Below are positions 47,853 through 56,994 of a DNA stretch of 59,104 nt, piece after piece. The stretch spans positions 1-59,104 of the forward strand of contig JAIPJP010000003.1 of NCBI GenBank assembly GCA_021734105.1, in the 5' to 3' direction. The notes under the pieces were generated by a model. It was given only the letters and a program-made list of their open reading frames with translations, was not told the DNA's origin and searched no databases. This stretch comes from Candidatus Woesearchaeota archaeon (GTDB taxonomy: Archaea; Nanobdellota; Nanobdellia; Woesearchaeales; SKGA01). Every line of letters begins with the position of its first letter. The first letter of the stretch is position 1. The position numbers and the translations under genes were made by a program.

Positions 47853-49293
47853 TAGCTCGACAAACAAAAAAAAATATATAGATAAAGTACTTCTTAAAAA
47901 AGAAAAAACACTAATAGATGCTCTTGAGAATTCAAAATTATATGAACTAGAGTACGACAGACAAACAGGCGTAGAAAGAGACACAAAAAAAACAAGAATA
48001 ACATTTAATGCAAGAGATACAAAAGGAAATTCTGTGTTCATAAAAATTCCTTTTCCTACTGAGCCGGAAACAAACAAACAGCAAATAACAAGAGTTGTTC
48101 AGCTTAGAAAGGCTCTAACCGAAGTTAATCCTCTAGCAAATGAAATTTTGTTTAGAATTGTTCGCGATGAGCCTCTTTTCTTAAATGGTCTTTATGGAAT
48201 TGTAACAGAACGAGGTCATCATAATCTACAAGATTACTTTCAACATACAAGCAATCAGCAAGAACGTGCAAATACAACATTTCATGCAATTCAACAATCA
48301 ACAAGAGGAATGCAATTACTCCATCAAAATAAATCAATAGTGTGTGATTTTAAGCCAACTAATTTGGTTTTTTTCTCAGATGACGAGTGGATGATAGTCG
48401 ATCCAGAGAGTTTTAAACCATTAGGAAGTAAACGATTTGATCCAAAACTTCGTGTTGAAGGTAGCCACTCATCAAGTGGAAGAACAAAAGACTATGCAGA
48501 CTGGCAATTAGAAGACAAACTTCATGACCCTCTATCCATACTTACAGACTGGTATGCGGTAGGAACAACACTTTTCGAAGCATACTACGAAACAACACCT
48601 AATGTGATTTTCCAAGAAAAAGAAATTGCCGATAAAAATAAACAAGTAGAATGCCTTCTTGGAATGATTAACCAAATTCCTAATGAAGTTCATCGTCATT
48701 TCATGCAAAGAACAATGGGATACGTTCTTGAAGGAGAACTCTTGCCTGAAAGAAAAACATACACTGATTTCAGATTCAGAACAACTGAAGAGACAAGAGG
48801 GTTCCTTGAAAAAGGAGAAGACTCACTTCTTGAACAAAAACTAAGTCATAAAGATTATCAAGCATTTCTAAAAAGCGTTCAAGATTTCAAGGACTTAAAA
48901 GAAAGAGTGACTCAAAAATCAAGCGGGCTTGAAGGATCGCTAACGATAGAAAATGCTGAAGCTGTTCGATCAACATACAAGAATGTTTATTCTTGGTATG
49001 CAAACGAGCATGTTAGTCCTCTACAACAAAGTAAAGAACATTTAAAAGAAGTTGAAGATATCAAAGAGCAAATTGTCTTTAGCGAGTTTGAAAAGATGAG
49101 AGCTTACCTACAAAAAAATAAAGATTTAGAAAATAAGAAAATTGCTAAGCCAATGTGGGAAATCTTTTCAAAAGCAATGATACTTGGCTTAAATAAAGAA
49201 GAAAAAATGTATTCTCTTCAGGACATTGAAAAGTTAGATGATAAATATATTTTAGAAACAAGACAACTCATCAATAAAATTAAACAATTATAG
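47836..49293 (+). CDS. Atypical Hanks-type (eukaryotic-like) protein kinase with helical C-terminal extension
   Basis: The VAIK-like Lys is in SVFIKIP. The catalytic loop is VCDFKPTNL, followed by IVDPES in the DFG position and a DWYAVGTTLFE subdomain IX-like segment. It overlaps the PP2C gene by 17 nt. Confidence 0.65.
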   Translation: MTKENNSSTNKKKYIDKVLLKKEKTLIDALENSKLYELEYDRQTGVERDTKKTRITFNARDTKGNSVFIKIPFPTEPETNKQQITRVVQLRKALTEVNPLANEILFRIVRDEPLFLNGLYGIVTERGHHNLQDYFQHTSNQQERANTTFHAIQQSTRGMQLLHQNKSIVCDFKPTNLVFFSDDEWMIVDPESFKPLGSKRFDPKLRVEGSHSSSGRTKDYADWQLEDKLHDPLSILTDWYAVGTTLFEAYYETTPNVIFQEKEIADKNKQVECLLGMINQIPNEVHRHFMQRTMGYVLEGELLPERKTYTDFRFRTTEETRGFLEKGEDSLLEQKLSHKDYQAFLKSVQDFKDLKERVTQKSSGLEGSLTIENAEAVRSTYKNVYSWYANEHVSPLQQSKEHLKEVEDIKEQIVFSEFEKMRAYLQKNKDLENKKIAKPMWEIFSKAMILGLNKEEKMYSLQDIEKLDDKYILETRQLINKIKQL

Positions 49294-49302
49294 TAAAGAA
49301 AA

Positions 49303-51201
49303 ATGCCGCAAGACCTAGGAGAATTAGTAAGGCAAGAAGCCAATAGACGACTTAAAATACACGAGCAATGGGAGCGACGGCGCGACAGGCAAAAAGCTTG
49401 GGAGAAAAACAGACAAAAATTCTTTGGCAGCGCTAAGTTCTTAGGAACAACAGCACTCCTCTTTGGTGGTTTAATGATAGGCAATAAGTTAGTTAATACT
49501 GTTCCTCCTCGAGAATTTAAACATAAAATAAAAAAATACGAAAATAAAATCATTGAGTTAGAAAAAGATAGCGCCTCTTATGTGCTAAGCACTCAAAAAC
49601 TTCAAGAAGAGAATGCTACTTTTGAAGAAACTAATAAAGAACTTCAAAATCAAATAATTGTTGAAAAAAATAAAATTCGCACACATAATTTTTCAGGAAA
49701 AGGAATACCGCACACAACTGTTCAAATTTATAAAAATGGAAAAGCTAAAACCGGAATAATAAATAATAGTGGAAAAATTAATATTACTTGGGAAGATAAA
49801 AATAAAACATTTCTCGCAGACAGCATCATCGCATTTCTTGATGGATACAAACGAGCAAAAGCAACAAATGTCTCAATAGGAGAAAAAGTTAGTTATAATT
49901 TACAACTAAAAAAAATTCCCGAATCTCGAAAAGAAATTCCAATAACGCCTCAAGCCAAATACCCCTTAGTTCTTAATGGAAAAAAAACAAAAGGTGCAAA
50001 TATTACGGCTTGGCATAATAAAAAGGAATTAAAACCAAAAGACTATGGAACTACCTATACCTTTTCATGGACTGGCAATTCTAAATCTATAGTTATAGAT
50101 AGCATAATAGGAGCATTAGAAGGATATAAACGAATGAAAATAATCGACTTGCAAGTAAATGAACAGACTACTCAGAACTTCATTTTAGAAAAAATTTCTT
50201 CAGAAAAAGAAAATAAAATAATTCAAACAAAACCCCGACTAGAACAAGAAATAAACATGCCAATAGAAAGCGGCGATAAAAAAAGAACACGGAAATTAAC
50301 AGCCGCTCCCTTAAAAGAAAGAGGAAATAAGTTAATTCTTGAATCAGGCGTGTATGAACAAATTCAGTCAATTAATATCCCTTCAGGAAAAACACTTATC
50401 ATTGAGAAAGGAGTCATTATTCAAAAGTCGCCAGGATTTGGAATTAACGCCACTGGAGGATCACTTCATGTTAAAGGCACACAAGAAAACCCTGTAGGTA
50501 TTATTGGCGGAGAAGGAATCGAACTTATTAATTCAGAAAAAAATAAAGTTAGCTACTTAGTTCTTTCAGATATTATAGATTACGATACCGACGATGGAGG
50601 AGCATTTACATTACGAAACACAGAAATTTACTTTGATAACCTTACTGTTAATAATGCGCAAACAGCGGGTAGTGGTGGAAGTATTGCAGCATATCGATCT
50701 GACGTTGAACTTACTACCAGTAAATTAGTTAGAGGAAAGGCAGGGTTTTATGGAGGAAACCTTTACATCTACGATTCGCCATACATCATAACAAATTCTA
50801 CAATCACCAAAGGTTCGGCAAAAAAAGGAGGAAATATTTACGTTGAAAGTACTAAAATAAGAGATATAAAAGAAGGTAAAAAAGCATATGCAGAAAAACC
50901 ATATATAGTCATTACTACTAGTGAAGTTACTCAAGGTGTCGCTACAACAAAAGGAGGAGGTATTTGTTTGATAGATATTGGGACAAAAATAACTAATACT
51001 GAAATAAGTCATTGTCAAGCGCAATACGGTGCAGGAGTTTATGGAGAAAAGGGCGCTTATGATTTTAGAACTAGTAACATCCATAACAATATCGCAACAG
51101 TTTCTGGAGGGGGAGGCTATTTTGTTAAAATTGGCCCTTCGTTAGACTCCTTTAGACAACCATTCTCCAATAACAAACCAAATAATTTTATAGAAAAATG
51201 A
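49303..51201 (+). CDS. Membrane-anchored surface protein 1: cytoplasmic tail, TM, coiled coil, two PEGA-like domains, Pmp-type right-handed beta-helix
   Basis: TM segment LGTTALLFGGLMIG. Two repeats end in LDGYKR and LEGYKR. GG[AGNS][FILY] repeats are spaced about 25-30 aa apart (GGAF, GGSI, GGNLY, GGNIY, GGGIC, GAGVY, GGGGYF). Confidence 0.7.
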   Translation: MPQDLGELVRQEANRRLKIHEQWERRRDRQKAWEKNRQKFFGSAKFLGTTALLFGGLMIGNKLVNTVPPREFKHKIKKYENKIIELEKDSASYVLSTQKLQEENATFEETNKELQNQIIVEKNKIRTHNFSGKGIPHTTVQIYKNGKAKTGIINNSGKINITWEDKNKTFLADSIIAFLDGYKRAKATNVSIGEKVSYNLQLKKIPESRKEIPITPQAKYPLVLNGKKTKGANITAWHNKKELKPKDYGTTYTFSWTGNSKSIVIDSIIGALEGYKRMKIIDLQVNEQTTQNFILEKISSEKENKIIQTKPRLEQEINMPIESGDKKRTRKLTAAPLKERGNKLILESGVYEQIQSINIPSGKTLIIEKGVIIQKSPGFGINATGGSLHVKGTQENPVGIIGGEGIELINSEKNKVSYLVLSDIIDYDTDDGGAFTLRNTEIYFDNLTVNNAQTAGSGGSIAAYRSDVELTTSKLVRGKAGFYGGNLYIYDSPYIITNSTITKGSAKKGGNIYVESTKIRDIKEGKKAYAEKPYIVITTSEVTQGVATTKGGGICLIDIGTKITNTEISHCQAQYGAGVYGEKGAYDFRTSNIHNNIATVSGGGGYFVKIGPSLDSFRQPFSNNKPNNFIEK

Positions 51202-51296
51202 AACTCACACATATAATCAAAACAAGAGTAGTTATCACTTTAGCAAACATGTTAACAACACGATGCGCATCAAACAAAAAAATAAAAAATGATTAA
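51198..51296 (+). pseudogene. Remnant of a lipoprotein signal-peptide exon (32 codons)
   Basis: It encodes MKLTHIIKTRVVITLANMLTTRCASNKKIKND. It shares a perfect 25-nt block (51262-51286) with the lipobox region of the gene at 51625 (51683-51707). It has an ATGA overlap with the preceding gene. Confidence 0.5.
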
Positions 51297-51621
51297 AATG
51301 ATACAAGCAAACTATAACCCTAATAACAATAAATTATCACCTTGGGAAAAAGAAGAACGAAATAAAATTAACAAATTTGTTGGAAAGTATCTTCTTTGGG
51401 GAGGAGTAGTAATTGCAAGCTATATGGGTGTAAAAGCAGTTAGTACTAGATTGCCAACCGAAGAAAATAAATTTGAATTTGCAAAATATGATAAACGAAT
51501 TAATCAACTTGAAACGGAAGTAAACAAATTAGAAAAAACATACAGTTTAGAACAGAATAAAAATACTAACCTTCGTAGACAAAAAAATAATTTAGAAAAA
51601 GAATTACGAAAAGTACAATAA
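51289..51621 (+). CDS. Small TM + coiled-coil protein (partner 1)
   Basis: TM segment YLLWGGVVIASYMGV, then heptad-like sequence ending NNLEKELRKVQ. It is a paralog of 54625..54900. Confidence 0.6.
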   Translation: MIKMIQANYNPNNNKLSPWEKEERNKINKFVGKYLLWGGVVIASYMGVKAVSTRLPTEENKFEFAKYDKRINQLETEVNKLEKTYSLEQNKNTNLRRQKNNLEKELRKVQ

Positions 51622-51624
51622 AAA

Positions 51625-52425
51625 ATGAAAGCAACTACATTAGTAAGTATTATCGCAGGAGCAAGTTTGCTTCTGAGCACAGGATGCGCATCAAACAAAA
51701 AAATAAATAGTAGGGATTTTCAAGCAGTTTCAGAAGATATTAACCTTAAAATAGAACAATATATGCATTGGGGTGTTGGCGTAGGTATCGAGAATATTGG
51801 ACAAACGGTTATTGATGTTCCTGACCAGCCATACAGCAACGAAGAAAATGAAGATATTGTAGTAGACATTCCAAATCTTAATTTTCAACTAAATTACAGA
51901 TGGTTTCACGTAGGAGTGGGCTTGCCACTTCAATTCGAAGATAGAAGCTTGCGTGCGTGGGGAACTTATACGCTAGACTTACCTGAAGAAGATAACGTAA
52001 AATTTAATGGATTAACAGAGCTTGTATGGAACTCAGAAGCAACGCCTGCATATGAAGCAGGACTCACATTTTATCTTAACAAACAGGCACGAATGGGATT
52101 TATTTTAGGTTTAGGAAAACAAGACTATACAGCAATTTTGAAAGCAGATTTTTCGGACTGCGAGAACACTACATATGGTTCCATTAAAAATTATACTTCT
52201 GCAAAAGAAGAAATGCGTGTTGATTATACGGGCTGGTCGCCACAATTCGGTATAGCATTGAGAACAAAAAATGATGGTCGACTAACAATTAATCTTATTG
52301 GAAGAATACAAGACATTAATACACATGGCAGCATAGAAGAATATAATTTGCCAGAAAAAAAATTTATCAAAGGTGCTGAAATTAATTTTATTATTCCTCT
52401 CACAACAAAGAAAACCATGCAATAA
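51625..52425 (+). CDS. Lipoprotein, beta-rich
   Basis: Lipobox LLLSTGC. Alternating beta-strand-like pattern throughout. Confidence 0.65.
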   Translation: MKATTLVSIIAGASLLLSTGCASNKKINSRDFQAVSEDINLKIEQYMHWGVGVGIENIGQTVIDVPDQPYSNEENEDIVVDIPNLNFQLNYRWFHVGVGLPLQFEDRSLRAWGTYTLDLPEEDNVKFNGLTELVWNSEATPAYEAGLTFYLNKQARMGFILGLGKQDYTAILKADFSDCENTTYGSIKNYTSAKEEMRVDYTGWSPQFGIALRTKNDGRLTINLIGRIQDINTHGSIEEYNLPEKKFIKGAEINFIIPLTTKKTMQ

Positions 52426-52467
52426 ATATTCAACAAACTATCCAAATACTATCAATGGTGAACCACT

Positions 52468-54558
52468 ATGAAACCAGACCTTGCAGAACTTGTCAAGAAC
52501 GAAGCAACTAGACGAATTAACCTAGTTAGAGAAAGGGAAAAACAAATAGAAAAAAAACAATTAATCAATCTTGGAATAAAGAATCTAGGAATAACAACAG
52601 TACTTGCTGGAATGATTATTTTAGGAACAAGATATATTAATCAACTACCACCAAGAACACTTGAGTATAAAATAAATCGAAAAGAACAACAAATAGAACA
52701 ACTCAAAAAAGATGTTACATTTGAAGAAGGCAGAGCAAACATCGCCAAAGAAAGAAACAATAGTTATCGAAATGAAATTGCCAATCTCACTAATCAAATT
52801 GAGAAAGAAGAGGAAAGAAGAAATGTTTTTGGCAAAGTAAAGAAAAAATACGAAGTTCCAGAAAACAACACTAGAACAACACCACAAAACGATCAAACAA
52901 TAAGGCAATCAAATAATAGTTTAAAACAACAAAACGAACAAATAACAACAGAACCAGCAAAAGAAAATAAAAAAACAAACACGCCAAGGGAAACAATAAC
53001 AAATAATAAAAACGAAAAATCAACAAAACAAAAAACTACAAATACTACAACAACAAAAACAAGCTCGAAATCAACAAAAATAGCCAAAACAAAAAAACAA
53101 GAAATAAAAACACAACCAGAATCAAAAATATACAATTTATCAATCGCAGGATCAACAAGAGATAATGCAAAAATCGTTATTTGGGATGACGGAAAGATTA
53201 TTGATCAAAAAGATGCAAAGTACGGAATCTTTGATATTTCTTGGGAATCTTCAACAAACAATAGGAGAATAGACAGTGTAACAGCTCGACTTGAAGGTTA
53301 CAAACCAATGACTAAAAAAAATGTTCTTGCTAAAGAAAAAACACTCCTTCAATTCCCATTAGAAAAAATCGAAGGGGTTCAAACCAAACCAGTAGAAAGA
53401 AATACTAACAGAGTAAGAACCAATACAGCAAATAATCAAGAAACAAGTTCTCGAAACAATCAACAAACAATCGAAGAAAAAATCAACAAAGTAGACTTGC
53501 CAACTGAACGATACTCTATTTCAGGAACAGAAATAATTTCTGCAGGACATTACCGAGTAAACAAAACAATCACAGTCTCCGATCAAGGCACATTAATAAT
53601 TGAGCCAGGAACACATCTTTATTTTGCGAGAACCGCAGGAATCGACATAAGAGGATATATCCAGGCAAAGGGAACAAGCGAAGAAAAGATTCATCTTGAA
53701 CCTGAAGAAAACCTTTGGCGAGGAATTACAGTTAATGAAGCGCACATCCACGATATTAAACATTTTAGAGCGCAAGTAGCAGAAGAAAGATATGGAATAA
53801 AACAAAAAAGCGGCCAAGCACAACAACAATTTATCCATACAATGATTACTGATGCGCTTACAGCAATATATATCCAACGAGGTTACCTCGCATTAGACGA
53901 CTGTAAAATAGAAGGAAGCCGACAACAAGCAATGATTCTAAAAGAAGGAACAATACAGGTAAATAAATCGGAATTCAATCATAACGGCAATAAAGCCAAT
54001 GGAGGCGTGCTTTATGTGCAACTAGGAACTGCAAAATTTTCAAACTCAACATTTTCAAATAATAAAGCAAACAACGGGGGTGTTTTCTTTGTAGATTATG
54101 TGCACAGAACAAGTTCAGGACGTAAACTTTCCGATGAGTTTAATTTTGAGAACTGCAAGTTTAACAACAACAAGGCAAATTATGCAGGCGGAGCTATCCT
54201 CATGTTTGGCAACACAGGAGCATTATTTACAGGATGCACATTTGAAGATAATAATGCACAAATAGGCGGAGCGATGTCCATTCAATTTAACGAAGCTCGA
54301 GGAATAGGAGAAAATAAGGGTACAGGAGCAGAAGCATACATGCAACGATACCTCGCAGGAACAAAACAACCTCGAATATACACTTCACAAAATGTAATCA
54401 TAAAAAACTCTCGTTTTAACAACAACAAAGCAAGTAAAGACTTAGGCGGAGGAGCAATAAGTCACAGCAAATACGCAGGAATTAATGTTAAAGCAAATTT
54501 TAGCAATAATATTCCTCAAGATATCGCCATTATGGAAACAGGAACTATCGTGAAATAA
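52468..54558 (+). CDS. Membrane-anchored surface protein 2 (paralog of 49303..51201) with T/N/K-rich linker
   Basis: The N-terminus MKPDLAELVKNEATRR aligns with MPQDLGELVRQEANRR of protein 1. It has a TM segment, a coiled coil, one PEGA-like domain (LEGYKP), and FxNN..GGA[IVM] Pmp-type repeats. Confidence 0.7.
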   Translation: MKPDLAELVKNEATRRINLVREREKQIEKKQLINLGIKNLGITTVLAGMIILGTRYINQLPPRTLEYKINRKEQQIEQLKKDVTFEEGRANIAKERNNSYRNEIANLTNQIEKEEERRNVFGKVKKKYEVPENNTRTTPQNDQTIRQSNNSLKQQNEQITTEPAKENKKTNTPRETITNNKNEKSTKQKTTNTTTTKTSSKSTKIAKTKKQEIKTQPESKIYNLSIAGSTRDNAKIVIWDDGKIIDQKDAKYGIFDISWESSTNNRRIDSVTARLEGYKPMTKKNVLAKEKTLLQFPLEKIEGVQTKPVERNTNRVRTNTANNQETSSRNNQQTIEEKINKVDLPTERYSISGTEIISAGHYRVNKTITVSDQGTLIIEPGTHLYFARTAGIDIRGYIQAKGTSEEKIHLEPEENLWRGITVNEAHIHDIKHFRAQVAEERYGIKQKSGQAQQQFIHTMITDALTAIYIQRGYLALDDCKIEGSRQQAMILKEGTIQVNKSEFNHNGNKANGGVLYVQLGTAKFSNSTFSNNKANNGGVFFVDYVHRTSSGRKLSDEFNFENCKFNNNKANYAGGAILMFGNTGALFTGCTFEDNNAQIGGAMSIQFNEARGIGENKGTGAEAYMQRYLAGTKQPRIYTSQNVIIKNSRFNNNKASKDLGGGAISHSKYAGINVKANFSNNIPQDIAIMETGTIVK

Positions 54559-54624
54559 CTAAACAAATAATCAGCAATACATAAAAAAGTTTCAAAATAT
54601 GTAACAAATAAGAAGGGAAGTGCC

Positions 54625-54900
54625 ATGAAAGAATACAACAAAATTGTAAAAAATTATTTCACCATAGGACTTATTGGTACAGGAATATATCTTGGAGCTT
54701 TTTATACAAGCACCCGAATACTAACACCCGAGCAACAAGAAACAATACAAGCCCTAAACCAAGATATAAACTCACTCAAACAACTACAACAACAATATAA
54801 AGGCAGTTATCAATCAGCTAAAGAAAATTTTCCTGCATTGTCAAAAGAAAAAAACAAACTGGAAAAAGAATTAGAAAAAGTGACAAGAAAAGATAGATAA
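54625..54900 (+). CDS. Small TM + coiled-coil protein (partner 2)
   Basis: TM segment IGLIGTGIYLGAFY, with a coiled coil ending NKLEKELEKV. Confidence 0.6.
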   Translation: MKEYNKIVKNYFTIGLIGTGIYLGAFYTSTRILTPEQQETIQALNQDINSLKQLQQQYKGSYQSAKENFPALSKEKNKLEKELEKVTRKDR

Positions 54901-54924
54901 GCCTACTTTTATAAATAAAAAACA

Positions 54925-54970
54925 AAAGGTGCTGAAATTAATTTTATTATTCCTCTCACAACAAAGAAAA
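54925..54970 (+). pseudogene. 46-nt perfect copy of the 3' end of the lipoprotein gene (remnant of a second lipoprotein gene)
   Basis: aaaggtgctgaaattaattttattattcctctcacaacaaagaaaa is identical at 52369-52414 and 54925-54970. The remnant frame runs into a TGA that overlaps the ATG at 54978. Confidence 0.7.
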
Positions 54971-54977
54971 TTATAAA

Positions 54978-55562
54978 ATGACTGATAAAAATATTGCTGA
55001 TAAGGTCAGAGAACTACTTCAAGAGCGAGAGCAAGTATATATTCTCAGAGAGAAACAGAAGCAAAAAGAACAAGAAGCAATACAAAAAAAGAAGCTAGCT
55101 AGGAAAAAAAAGAAAGAAAGAGAAAAACAAAAATTAAACAATTATTACAATAGACAAAGAAAAAAAGAAAACTTAGCTAAACTAAGAGAAAAAGATAGAC
55201 AAGAAAGAGAAGCAAACGATAACGAAATAAACATACTTAAACAAAAAAGGAATAACATTAGAGAACGATATTCCACATCTTTGAAGAGTCAACAATATTT
55301 AAAACCAAGAAACACACGCGAGTATAATTACAAATCACACGAAAAAGCAAGAGAAAAAACTGAATGGGAAAAAAATAAACCTGTCCGATTAATTGGGGGA
55401 ATATTGGGTTTTGCAGGGCTTGCGGGAGTTATTGCTAGCTATGGTTTAGATGATAGCCACACCATAGCTCAACAAACTACGGACTCCATTAAAACTATTT
55501 CTAGTTTTGCTTTGGGCATCGGATTATATGTTAGTTTCAAATATGGGAGCTATGGAAAATAA
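54978..55562 (+). CDS. K/E/R-rich protein with C-terminal TM segments
   Basis: A highly charged region of about 130 aa is followed by LIGGILGFAGLAGVIASYGL and a second hydrophobic segment. Confidence 0.55.
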   Translation: MTDKNIADKVRELLQEREQVYILREKQKQKEQEAIQKKKLARKKKKEREKQKLNNYYNRQRKKENLAKLREKDRQEREANDNEINILKQKRNNIRERYSTSLKSQQYLKPRNTREYNYKSHEKAREKTEWEKNKPVRLIGGILGFAGLAGVIASYGLDDSHTIAQQTTDSIKTISSFALGIGLYVSFKYGSYGK

Positions 55563-55565
55563 AAT

Positions 55566-56765
55566 CTACCACAAATATAATATCACAGGAAGAATTAGAC
55601 AACCTAAAAGCATATTTTTCTGCGCACCATATTTACTTGCAAGAATTCCCAAACTTGTTGCAGTGAGAAGAATTAATAATCCCTGAAGTTTTGAAAGTAA
55701 TATAACAATAATCACTAGAAAAATAATAACTCCCCACACAAGTTTTTGATAATTAACTTTCGGAAGAAATCTTGCTAACCTTCTTGAAAGCTTTAAACCA
55801 AGAATGGTTGCAATGCCACCCACAAGTAAAAGCACACAAACAAAAATAAGTAACTGATTTGAGGAAATACTTCCTAATAAACTTTTCACGCCAACTATTG
55901 CGCCATTTCTAGCTTTCCCTAACACCATCATCGTTACTAAAGAGAACGAAAAGTTTACCGTGTTAATTCCACCAACAAGCAAGAGATATTCAGCAGGTGT
56001 TTTTTCTTTAAGCGTTGTGCTGGCAACGAGCGCTGCCTGACTACTTCCAAAGCCTGGTAGAAAAGAAGCAAGCATACCAACAAGTGTTGCTCTTAGTGTT
56101 ACACCTTCTAAAGATTTTTGTTTAATTGGAATAATTAATTTAGATAATTTTTGCACAGGCATAATACTTGCCGTTGCTAAGCTGTATAATAGTGTACTTG
56201 TACCAAAAAGTCCTGAAAGGAGCGGTAATAAAATTTGTTTTTGAGAAACTAAAGAAAAGCAAATTAGACCAAGAAGCCCTGCAGTTAAAAAGAAAAAAGA
56301 ATTTCTAAAAATTTTTTTTGAAAGAATGATAAGAAAAATAATAATTCCTAGTAAACACTTACCAATATAAGGCGAGATAAATGCTTGCACAGGAGGCAAA
56401 ATTTTTATGCCGATAGGAATAAATAGAATAGTTAAAAGTAAAGCAGCTAAAGAACCAAGAAGGGTGTAAGTAATTGCCAAATGACCTTTACCTTGCATTA
56501 AAAGTTGATGACCAGGAAGCACACCCACGACCATCGACTCATCAGGAGCTCCTAAATAAATGGAAGGAATACTATCTAAAAAGGAATGTGTGAGCGCAAG
56601 GCTAATAATAAATAATGCAATTAAAAACGGAGAAACACCACAAAGAACACCAACACTAGAAACAACAATAGCAGTAATTAAATTTACATGAACTCCAGGA
56701 ATAAGGCCTGTGATTATCCCGGCATTCACCCCGATGATGATTGCCAGTAAAATTTCAAAGAACAT
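55566..56765 (-). CDS. Polytopic membrane protein, TctA/DUF112-like
   Basis: About 10-12 TM segments. GLIPGVHVN and LPGFGSSQAA are reminiscent of TctA-family repeats. Confidence 0.5.
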   Translation of the reverse strand: MFFEILLAIIIGVNAGIITGLIPGVHVNLITAIVVSSVGVLCGVSPFLIALFIISLALTHSFLDSIPSIYLGAPDESMVVGVLPGHQLLMQGKGHLAITYTLLGSLAALLLTILFIPIGIKILPPVQAFISPYIGKCLLGIIIFLIILSKKIFRNSFFFLTAGLLGLICFSLVSQKQILLPLLSGLFGTSTLLYSLATASIMPVQKLSKLIIPIKQKSLEGVTLRATLVGMLASFLPGFGSSQAALVASTTLKEKTPAEYLLLVGGINTVNFSFSLVTMMVLGKARNGAIVGVKSLLGSISSNQLLIFVCVLLLVGGIATILGLKLSRRLARFLPKVNYQKLVWGVIIFLVIIVILLSKLQGLLILLTATSLGILASKYGAQKNMLLGCLILPVILYLW

Positions 56766-56994
56766 AAAACGCTTATATCCTCGAAATTTATAAGTTTCAC
56801 GCCTTCTTGTCCGAAAGATTTTCGATCAATTCTGAAAGGTTTTCTTTATAAACACATGCCGGAAATTTAATGCATTCCCGGAACGTCATCAAGACACCAA
56901 ACCAGTATTCTGTTTGGATGCTTATTTTTTGTTATGTGGTAGGTTCTTTATATAATTTTCTTTGTTTAGTTGAACACCTGGAATAAATTTAACT

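Noticed and set aside
55040-55330. A/G-rich tract as a DNA-level tandem repeat or microsatellite.
   Set aside because: No exact repeating unit was found. It is the coding sequence of a K/E/R-rich low-complexity protein segment.
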